Shown here piece by piece: positions 18,646 through 26,636 of a stretch of 53,488 bases of DNA (its first letter is position 1; each line of letters begins with the position of its first letter). The position numbers and the translations under genes were made by a program. Below the pieces are notes generated by a model, which made no database searches, was not told the origin of the DNA, and saw nothing but the letters and a program-made list of their open reading frames with translations. The stretch comes from Bacteroidales bacterium (GTDB taxonomy: Bacteria; Bacteroidota; Bacteroidia; Bacteroidales; 4484-276), in assembly GCA_029934065.1 (NCBI GenBank), contig JAOZMX010000003.1:1-53488 (forward strand). Direction: 5' to 3'.

Positions 18646-19200
18646 ATGTCCAATAAACACGTACACGAAACAAATCCCAAAAGAACCGTTATCGTAATGG
18701 TCATTTTCGTTGCCGTTATTGTGGCCGGCCTGCTCTCGCTCAAAACGCCGCGCCTCACTTATGTGCTGACGCCTGAACAGACGCTCGCCCTGGTGACCGG
18801 CGGAGAGGGGTGTGTTCACCCTTATCAGCTTGTCCCCGTGCTCAACGGTACGGTGGATACGGTCATCCTCATCGACATTCGCAACAAATTCGAATTCGGC
18901 AAGGGACATATCAAGGGCGCCGAGAACATTTCGGCCTACGACCTGACCAACGAAGAGAATATCGCCCGACTGAAAGAATTCAAAAAAAATGGTATGGCAG
19001 TGGTGCTTTACGGCAACACCCAACTGGAAGCCAACGGCCCGTGGATGGTTTTCAGGCAGCTCGGATTCGACAACGTGATGCTGCTGCTGGGCGGATACCG
19101 GTATTACGCCCTGCACAAACACAATCTTGCAGCAACAAAGGGCGACAAAAGTTATCTTCCCGGAATGGCGGATTTCAACTATGCCGAAGTGGCAAAATGA
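18646..19200 (+). CDS. Second membrane-anchored rhodanese-like protein, also lacking the active-site Cys
   Basis: TM segment; LIDIRNKFEFGKGHIKGAENI; loop VLYGNTQ; LGFDNVMLLLGGY. ATG at 18646 avoids overlap with the upstream gene. Confidence 0.85.
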   Translation: MSNKHVHETNPKRTVIVMVIFVAVIVAGLLSLKTPRLTYVLTPEQTLALVTGGEGCVHPYQLVPVLNGTVDTVILIDIRNKFEFGKGHIKGAENISAYDLTNEENIARLKEFKKNGMAVVLYGNTQLEANGPWMVFRQLGFDNVMLLLGGYRYYALHKHNLAATKGDKSYLPGMADFNYAEVAK

Positions 19201-19271
19201 TGCTTTGACGTTCTCCCGCCATCTTCCATGCCGGATAATCGGTACAAAATTTTCATTCCGTTTTATTTTTT

Positions 19272-19430
19272 GGGCGGCAACCGCGTGCTCCGTTATAGCT
19301 GTGTGCCTGCAAGGCCGTGTTCCGCTGCGGCGTGCGGGGGCTCATTTCAATCGCCTCCGCCGCCGTGCTCCACATCGGCCCGCAGGCACACAGGCTGCCA
19401 CTCCGCCCGCTGCCGCAGCACTACGCGTTA
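19272..19430. repeat. Long GC-rich nested inverted repeat (REP/MITE-like or structured RNA)
   Basis: Perfect 12-bp arms CTGTGTGCCTGC (19299-19310) / GCAGGCACACAG (19382-19393), with inner GGCCG/CGGCC and CGGCG..GCGG/CCGC..CGCCG stems and outer GGGCGG/CCGCCC. Confidence 0.6.
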
Positions 19431-19460
19431 ACAAGAATCCACAAACCCCATCTAAAATCA

Positions 19461-19541
19461 ACCCGCCTTCGCCAAGGCTTCGGCGGGCGGGGAAATCGTT
19501 AATCTGAAATCTGCAATCTGCAATCTGCAATCCCCAATCCT
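19461..19541. repeat. REP-like palindrome followed by a degenerate 7-bp tandem repeat
   Basis: CCCGCCTTCGCCAAGGCTTCGGCGGGCGGG, then about 7 copies of (C/A/T)AATCxx (AAATCGT TAATCTG AAATCTG CAATCTG CAATCTG CAATCCC CAATCCT). Confidence 0.6.
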
Positions 19542-19668
19542 TTCGTTTCTCCGCCTTGATATCAATTTAACAGAAAACATCCCCCGGCCAAAGCAACCAT
19601 TATCGTCAAACGGTGTCTGATAGGTATATTTCATGATGTTATCATATCACTTCATAAAACTTACTCAA

Positions 19669-22600
19669 ATGAAATTACGCAATATTTTACGTTTAACAGT
19701 GCTTCCGGTATTTTTTCTTTTTTTGGTCATCAACAGTTCCGCCCAGGGCTGGCGCCCCCATGAGATGGAGGTGAAAGTGGAACTGGCGGATCGCTCAGAT
19801 GCCCAAATGCTGAATGATTTGCATCTTATCGGAGACATTTATATCAAGTATGCCCTGATGTACGTAACGCCCGACGAGTTGCAGCGCATCAAAGAAACGG
19901 GACTTCGTTACGAGATTACCAAACCCGACCTCAATGTCTGGGCGGCAGATTTTCTGGAAAATCGCGACGAATACCACTCTTACGAAGAAACCCTCGAACT
20001 GATGGACAGCCTTGCCGATAATCTCCCCGGCCTCGTTATGAAGGTTGTTTACGGCGAATCGATACAGGGGCGACAGTTGTCGGCCCTCAAGATCAGTGAT
20101 AATGTAACCGTGGACGAGCCCGAACCCGAAATGGCTTTCGATGCCAACATCCACGGCGACGAGATTGGAGCATGCGAAAATGCCATCCGCTTTGCCCGCT
20201 GGCTTTGTCAGCAGTACGGCAACAACCAGGAGATCACCGACCTTGTCGACTCCCGCGAGATATGGATCTATCCGTTGGTGAACCCCGATGGCCGCGAAGC
20301 GCTGACACGCTACAACGCAGCCGGAATCGACCTCAACCGCGACTGGGGCTACCTCTGGGGCGGCGACGGCAACAGCCCGTCTCCCTTTTCGCAGCCCGAA
20401 TCCAAAGCCCTGCGACAAATGGTACTCGATAACCAGTTTTCCATCCAGATGACCTTTCACAGCGGTATCGAACTTTTCCTTTATCCGTGGTACAACCGTA
20501 CCGACAACTGCCCCGACTATGCCGAGGTTACCCAACTGGCGGATGTTTATTCCAGTACCTCGGGATACGGCAACCTGCAGAGCGGGCCGGGAACCTCGCT
20601 CTATCCCACCACGGGAACCACCGCTGAATCCTATTACGGTATCATGGGTTCCGACGGCATCGTGCTGGAAATATCCAACAACAAACAACCTCCGCCTTCG
20701 CAAATCGGTTATTATTTCTCCATCAATATCAATCCGATGGTGAAAATGATTGAATACGCCGGTTATGGTGTGGAGGGTACGGTAACGGATGCCGGAACGG
20801 GAGACCCTGTGGCGGCAGTCGTTTACGTGGGTAATACGCTCCCCTGCTATGCCGACCCTCTGGTGGGCGATTTTCATAAATTCGTTATGCCAGGCACCTA
20901 TAACGTCAAGGTGAAAGCCAACGGCTATCAGACAAAAATCATCAATGATGTCACGGTGAATGCATTGAGTGCCGTCACGGTTGACGTGGCACTGGAACCC
21001 GAAGAGCACCAAAGCATCTACCGCATCATCGCCTCCATGATACCCGGCGGCAGCAATACGGCCGACGAAGGCACCTCGTGGGATGCCATCGGCCCGCCCG
21101 ACAATCTGAATTATTCGCTGGGGAAAGCCGGCTGGATGGTGTTTGATATGCAGGAACTCGTCGTAAACGGCGAAGGGGACGACCTCATCGTTTTCGAAGG
21201 CGACGAAAGCCCCGAAGGATTTACCATTTATGCCGGAAGCTCCATGGACGGCCCGTGGCAGTTGCTTGGCGAAGGCGAAGGGACCACCCAGTTTGATCTC
21301 GGCGAATGTGCCCTCAACGAAGCCCGCTATTTCAAAATCGAAGATGACGGCGACGGCAATGCCAATGTGGCCGATGCCGGATTTGACCTCGATGCGGTGC
21401 AATCCATGAGCTCCCTCTCCGGCCCTTACCTTCTGATATCACAGATTGTTGTGGATGACCAGGCGGGCAATGCCAACGGCCAGCTCGACCCCGGCGAAAC
21501 GGCTGATTTTGAAATTACACTGAAAAATATCGGTACCGAGGATGCGCTGAATATCGAGGGAACACTCACTTGTGCCGATCCGCTTATCACCGTCGGTACC
21601 CCGGGAGCACAATCATACGGCAACATTCCGACGGGAGAGACCTCAACAGCAACTTTCACCGTCAGCGCCGACGAGCAGATACCTGCCGGACACACAAGCG
21701 TCCTCGAGCTTGCTTATAGCGGAGATAACGGCTTGTCGGGAGTTAAGAATTTCGAGATTACCTTTCCCGACTATTGTTTCCCGACGGCCAACTGCTCCTA
21801 CGGCGACGGATTTACCGGATTCTCCCTGGAAAGTATCGACAACATGAACAGCGGATGCAGCGATGGCGGCTACGGCGATTTTACGGACATGAGCACCGAT
21901 TTGACGGCAGGTGAAACCTACACCGTGTCGTGGGAAACGGGATACTCCAATCAGGAAGCCTCCTTGTGGATCGATTTGGATGATGATATGGAATTTGAAC
22001 CGGAAGAGTTGTTGATCACCGATTTCAATCTGGAAAATTCCGGTCAGGTTTATACGACGGATTTTACGGTTCCCGGAAATGCTTCACCGGGAGAGAAACG
22101 TTTGCGTATCAGAGCCAACTGGCAGAACTCGTCGGCTGATCCCTGCGCGGACTTTACCTATGGCGAAACGGAAGACTACACCGTGAATGTCATTTCGGGC
22201 GGCTACATGCAACCTGCTTTCACGGCCGATCAAACCGAAATTTGTCAGGGTGATGAAGTGCAATTTACCGATAACTCGACGGGAAACATCACCTCGTGGT
22301 CATGGGAATTCCCCGGCGGAGACCCTTCTGCCTCTTCCGAGCAGAACCCGCTGGTGACTTACGAAAATCCCGGCTCCTTTGATGTAACGTTAACCGTCTC
22401 CGACGGACAGACTACTCAGAGCGTTACCCATGAAAATTACATTACCGTGAATGCGCTGCCCGAAGTTACTTTCGGCGAGATCGAAGACATGTGCATCAAC
22501 TGGCCGCCGCAAGAGTTAACGCAGGGAGCACCCGAAGGCGGCATCTATTCGGGCCCCGGTGTGTCCAACGGCTTTTTCGATCCTGCGCAGGCCGGATTGG

Positions 22601-22947
22601 GAACCCATACATTGACTTACACCTATACCGATAACAACGGCTGCGGGAACAGTGCCCAACAAACCGTTTATGTGGATGCCTGTACGGGAATCAGCCACCC
22701 TGAATGCGGGTTCGGCATCAATCCCAATCCCGGAAAGGGGGTGTTTTATTTATCAGTTGAAAATGATATGATTGCACGGCATATCTATGTGATGGACCTG
22801 ACGGGCAGGGAAATATTTTCCCAAAATAATATTGCCCTGAGTCCCGAAAATCCGTTTACAATAGATTTATCGGATAAAGATGCGGGGATTTATTTTCTGA
22901 AAATAAGCACCCAAAAAGAAAGGACTTTGAAGATAATCAAACAATAA
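19669..22947 (+). CDS. M14 zinc carboxypeptidase with carboxypeptidase-regulatory-like, GEVED, PKD and T9SS CTD domains
   Basis: NIHGDE (HxxE), NPDG, RYNAAGIDLNRDW, TFHSG, VLEIS; GETEDYTV; WSWEFPGG...PGSFDVTLTV; PNPGKG...GIYFLKI...KIIKQ. Confidence 0.9.
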   Translation: MKLRNILRLTVLPVFFLFLVINSSAQGWRPHEMEVKVELADRSDAQMLNDLHLIGDIYIKYALMYVTPDELQRIKETGLRYEITKPDLNVWAADFLENRDEYHSYEETLELMDSLADNLPGLVMKVVYGESIQGRQLSALKISDNVTVDEPEPEMAFDANIHGDEIGACENAIRFARWLCQQYGNNQEITDLVDSREIWIYPLVNPDGREALTRYNAAGIDLNRDWGYLWGGDGNSPSPFSQPESKALRQMVLDNQFSIQMTFHSGIELFLYPWYNRTDNCPDYAEVTQLADVYSSTSGYGNLQSGPGTSLYPTTGTTAESYYGIMGSDGIVLEISNNKQPPPSQIGYYFSININPMVKMIEYAGYGVEGTVTDAGTGDPVAAVVYVGNTLPCYADPLVGDFHKFVMPGTYNVKVKANGYQTKIINDVTVNALSAVTVDVALEPEEHQSIYRIIASMIPGGSNTADEGTSWDAIGPPDNLNYSLGKAGWMVFDMQELVVNGEGDDLIVFEGDESPEGFTIYAGSSMDGPWQLLGEGEGTTQFDLGECALNEARYFKIEDDGDGNANVADAGFDLDAVQSMSSLSGPYLLISQIVVDDQAGNANGQLDPGETADFEITLKNIGTEDALNIEGTLTCADPLITVGTPGAQSYGNIPTGETSTATFTVSADEQIPAGHTSVLELAYSGDNGLSGVKNFEITFPDYCFPTANCSYGDGFTGFSLESIDNMNSGCSDGGYGDFTDMSTDLTAGETYTVSWETGYSNQEASLWIDLDDDMEFEPEELLITDFNLENSGQVYTTDFTVPGNASPGEKRLRIRANWQNSSADPCADFTYGETEDYTVNVISGGYMQPAFTADQTEICQGDEVQFTDNSTGNITSWSWEFPGGDPSASSEQNPLVTYENPGSFDVTLTVSDGQTTQSVTHENYITVNALPEVTFGEIEDMCINWPPQELTQGAPEGGIYSGPGVSNGFFDPAQAGLGTHTLTYTYTDNNGCGNSAQQTVYVDACTGISHPECGFGINPNPGKGVFYLSVENDMIARHIYVMDLTGREIFSQNNIALSPENPFTIDLSDKDAGIYFLKISTQKERTLKIIKQ

Positions 22948-22989
22948 TCCCCAAAGCCCTTTTGTATTGTTTAAATGTTAATGGCGGGA

Positions 22990-23385
22990 TTATTCCGCCT
23001 TCTTAAACAGATAGCGCGTGATAAAAATCCCGTTTCCGCCGCCGGCGCCCTGATTGCCGGAATAAACTCCCGATGTTACATTGTAGAGTTCCCATCCTTC
23101 GTTGGTAAGCTCTCTGATCTTGTCCGTGATTTTGACATCGTTGTCTTTGATGTTTCCGAAATTGATCCCGGCAAGGCTGAAAAAGTTTTTGAGTTTGATC
23201 TCGTCCATCCCGCCTTTTGCATCCTGGCTGATCATTCGCGAACGTCCAACCCCTCCGGGGACCACCGATTCGATAACGGTTACCTGATACCAGTTGACGC
23301 TCGGATTCGGGTTCTTAAATCCGTAAAAAATACCTGTTCCTGCAAGTGCAATGATAATCATTGCGATATAAACTGTTTTTTTCAT
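22990..23385 (-). CDS. Conserved Bacteroidota hypothetical exported protein
   Basis: N-terminal signal/TM; VTVIESVVPGGVGRSRMI and EGWEL...GIFITRYLFKK look like conserved motifs; AT-rich leader. Confidence 0.7.
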   Translation of the reverse strand: MKKTVYIAMIIIALAGTGIFYGFKNPNPSVNWYQVTVIESVVPGGVGRSRMISQDAKGGMDEIKLKNFFSLAGINFGNIKDNDVKITDKIRELTNEGWELYNVTSGVYSGNQGAGGGNGIFITRYLFKKAE

Positions 23386-23397
23386 AATGATTAAATT

Positions 23398-23838
23398 TTA
23401 CCGGTTTTCCATATAATCCCATTGATATTTAAAGATCACGTAAAGTGAACTCATTGTATGTTTGTCGATCATGATGTTTTCAACATTTTTTCCGTTGTAA
23501 GTTCCTTTAACGGAAGTTTTCAACACGACCATCTCTTTTTTTCTTCTGGTCACCCTTTTTTTCTTTCCGTCGGCTTTGCTCCACATGTAATGCATCAGCT
23601 TGACACGTTCGCCTTTTTTCTTGTAGGTAAAACTTACGCCGTAAGTTACCCCGTCGATGGTGTAAAGGTCGAAGTCTTTCTCCGTATTGACCGTCAAAGT
23701 CTCTTTAAAAGTTTTGTCGTAAGGCACTTCCTTGCCGTTTTCTTTGATGGTAAAATCCGACAGAGTGATCGTTGCCTGTTGCGAAAAAGTAATCGCCGGC
23801 AGGATGATCAACCCCAACATCCAAATAATTTTCTTCAT
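23398..23838 (-). CDS. Hypothetical secreted, Lys-rich protein
   Basis: Signal peptide MKKIIWMLGLIILPAITFSQ; TATGTTTG box at 23887-23894; 12 nt from the next gene. Confidence 0.7.
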   Translation of the reverse strand: MKKIIWMLGLIILPAITFSQQATITLSDFTIKENGKEVPYDKTFKETLTVNTEKDFDLYTIDGVTYGVSFTYKKKGERVKLMHYMWSKADGKKKRVTRRKKEMVVLKTSVKGTYNGKNVENIMIDKHTMSSLYVIFKYQWDYMENR

Positions 23839-24197
23839 GGTTTTAAAATTTTAATTACACATTAATGATGATGTTTTTTAGTGGCACAAACATAATTAAA
23901 TTTTTACATATTTTTTCATCAATTTCCGGTTGCCACGAATCATTTAAAACAAAAATTGTCGTGGAGGCAAGCGTTTTGGATGCAAAACATGATAAGTCAA
24001 CACCGGCTTTGGATTTTGCCAGAGGATGCATTTTTGGAACGGACTTATGATTTCACTTTCAATAATTAAAACTATTTTTGTCAAAAACAAAGCGATACTC
24101 AATAGGTGTTGCGATGTCCCGCGGTATTTTTGCGAAAGTTAGGGCGAGAGTGTTATTTGACAATAATCATTAAGGTTTAATTTAAAAATAAATATTG

Positions 24198-26558
24198 ATG
24201 AAAAATTCGGTGATCCTGCATTTGTTTGCAACCGTTTTATTCATGTTTGGGGTGCTTGTGTCAGCCTATTCCCAGCAGGAAAATAAGGGGGAGAGGCGGC
24301 CCAGGATCGGCGTTGTGCTGAGCGGAGGAGGGGCCAAGGGAATTGCCCATGTGGGGATACTGAAAGCCATGGAAGAGGCCGGGCTGAGACCCGATTTCAT
24401 TGTGGGCACGAGTATGGGGAGTATCATCGGCGGATTGTATGCCACAGGCTATTCGGCCGATCAGCTCGATTCCATCATCAGGCAAATAGACTGGAACCTT
24501 GTGCTGTCAAACAATATTCCTCTGAATTACATCTCGTTTGAAGAGAAAGAGTATTACAACCGTTACCTGGTGGAGCTTGCTTTTGATAACGGCAAATTGA
24601 CCCTTCCTTCGGGAATGATCGAAGGACAGATGTTGGGCCAGATGCTGTCGCATTATACCTGGCCTGCCATGAAGTACGATTCATTTGACGAGTTTCCCAT
24701 TCCGTTTCGTTGTGTTGCAACAGATGTCAGCACAGGGAAGCCCATCGTGTTTCACAAAGGTTCCCTTTCGGAAGCGTTGAGGGCAAGCATGGCCATACCA
24801 ACGGTTTTTACCGCCGCCGATCTCGACAGTACACTTGCCGTTGACGGCGGTGTGCTGGATAACTTTCCGGTGGATGTGGCGCTGAAAATGGGAGCCGATT
24901 ATATTATCGGGGTCAACGTGTCGGACGAAGGACTTATCCCTGCAAAGGAGCTGAAAAGTATGACCGGGATACTGATGCAGGTGGCAATGTTTTCGAGCCT
25001 TCGAAAGGTAAAAGAAGATATCGCACTTTGTGATATCTACATCAAACCTGATCTGAAAAAATACTCCACCGGGAGCTTTAACAACTATGCTCAAATACTG
25101 GAGCTGGGCTATCAGGCCGGCGATTCGGCAGCAGCCATGTTTCGCGAGCTTGCCAAAAATTTCAGCGAGCATTATCCCCCTCCTTCGGGCGTTTCGCTAA
25201 GTGTGGATCCTGTTTACATTTCAAAAATCGAGTTGGTGGGAAACAATCATGTCAGCCGAAAACTGATTCTTGGAAAACTCGGTTTAACCGGTGATCAAAT
25301 TGCTACGAGAGAAGAAATAGAAATGGGGATCAACAGAGTGTTCGGCATCAATGCATTTAAAAGAGTCTCCTATCAGATCGAAAAAGTTCCTCATGCCGAC
25401 AAATACATCCTGAATGTTAAGATGGTTGAAAAACAACCCGCTTCACTCAAGGCGAGTGTTCATTACGACAACCTTTTCTCGGCCGGTATCGTTTTGAATT
25501 TTACCATGCGGGATTTGCTCGGAAAATCTTCCCGGTTTATTGTCGAAGGGGACATTTCGGCCAATCCTAAAGCACGGGTAAGCTACCTGAAATATCTCGG
25601 AAAAAAACAAAGAATTGCAGGTATTGTGAAATACCGGTTCCTGAATGAAAAAATTCCCGAATACGACCATGGGACACCTGTGGACATCGGCGCTTCCACC
25701 TACAATGAATTTTCCGGAGGACTGCTGTTGACACAATTGTTAAAACATAGTGTTTTTGCCGGAATTACTTATAATTACGGGCTGGAAAAACTAAAATTCG
25801 GCGAGCTGGTACCCGAAGGAATAAAAAACCTGAAAATTAACCAGTTTCGTGCTGATATTTTCTACGATTTCAATACGCTTAACGATCGCAATTATCCTTC
25901 AAAAGGAACGGCGATAAAGGCTTTCACAAGCTTATTTATGAATAACAAATATTATATCAATTTCGATAACCCCGGCGATACCGTTTATATTGATGACGGG
26001 ATGGGTAATTCCTATCCTTTTACCGAGACGCTTTTGAACGAACTTATCATTGAACCGCAAACGCCCAATGTTTACGGGAAGGTACAATTCGATTATTCGG
26101 AGTTCATTCCGTTAGCTAAAAATTTTCAGATGATTCCGACGATTGCATTCGGGGTTACCATCGCAAAAATCGAAGAGGGCATTTTTGATAATTTCAGGAT
26201 CGGGGGACTTCAAATGGTCAGGGTAACCGATGTCCCGTTTTTCGGATTGCATTTCGGGGAAATTATGGATGAAAACTTCCTGTCGGCAGGTTTGCTGCTG
26301 CAAAATATCCTGTTTGATAATATTTATTTGAAATACGGAGTCAATGTTCTTGCCCATCATCCGTATGTTCCAATTAACAATCTGGATAATTTCGACTTTA
26401 AGAATATGATCGACTCGTACTCATTGTTAGGTTACGGGATCAAAGTAACGTACAAAAGCCCCCTCGGCCCGGTTAGTTTCGGACTTGGAGATAATACAAA
26501 CGGAGGGCCTTTAAGATGGTACATCGGCATTGGTTACTCATTTAACTACAAAGATTAA
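24198..26558 (+). CDS. Patatin-like phospholipase with POTRA and Omp85-like barrel (PlpD / type Vd-like)
   Basis: GVVLSGGGAKG, GTSMG, ASMAIP, DGG; central POTRA-like ISKIELVGN; C-terminal SPLGPVSF...WYIGIGYSF barrel end. Confidence 0.88.
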   Translation: MKNSVILHLFATVLFMFGVLVSAYSQQENKGERRPRIGVVLSGGGAKGIAHVGILKAMEEAGLRPDFIVGTSMGSIIGGLYATGYSADQLDSIIRQIDWNLVLSNNIPLNYISFEEKEYYNRYLVELAFDNGKLTLPSGMIEGQMLGQMLSHYTWPAMKYDSFDEFPIPFRCVATDVSTGKPIVFHKGSLSEALRASMAIPTVFTAADLDSTLAVDGGVLDNFPVDVALKMGADYIIGVNVSDEGLIPAKELKSMTGILMQVAMFSSLRKVKEDIALCDIYIKPDLKKYSTGSFNNYAQILELGYQAGDSAAAMFRELAKNFSEHYPPPSGVSLSVDPVYISKIELVGNNHVSRKLILGKLGLTGDQIATREEIEMGINRVFGINAFKRVSYQIEKVPHADKYILNVKMVEKQPASLKASVHYDNLFSAGIVLNFTMRDLLGKSSRFIVEGDISANPKARVSYLKYLGKKQRIAGIVKYRFLNEKIPEYDHGTPVDIGASTYNEFSGGLLLTQLLKHSVFAGITYNYGLEKLKFGELVPEGIKNLKINQFRADIFYDFNTLNDRNYPSKGTAIKAFTSLFMNNKYYINFDNPGDTVYIDDGMGNSYPFTETLLNELIIEPQTPNVYGKVQFDYSEFIPLAKNFQMIPTIAFGVTIAKIEEGIFDNFRIGGLQMVRVTDVPFFGLHFGEIMDENFLSAGLLLQNILFDNIYLKYGVNVLAHHPYVPINNLDNFDFKNMIDSYSLLGYGIKVTYKSPLGPVSFGLGDNTNGGPLRWYIGIGYSFNYKD

Positions 26559-26636
26559 TTTCCGGATATCCTTTAGTGTTGTTTTGACAACTGTTAAGTA
26601 AGCAAAATTAAAATAAAAGAACCTTGATGAATAGGA

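Noticed and set aside
19198-19260. Selenocysteine readthrough of the rhodanese TGA (followed by in-frame TGC and an open frame)
   Set aside because: No convincing SECIS hairpin directly after the UGA, the position is not the active-site loop, the extension is translated palindrome, and no sel genes are in view.
19228-19530. Several short Cys/Arg/Ala-rich ORFs on both strands
   Set aside because: They are by-products of the GC-rich palindromes and heptamer repeats.
19493-19541. Possible CRISPR array
   Set aside because: These are 7-bp tandem units without spacers, and there are no cas genes.
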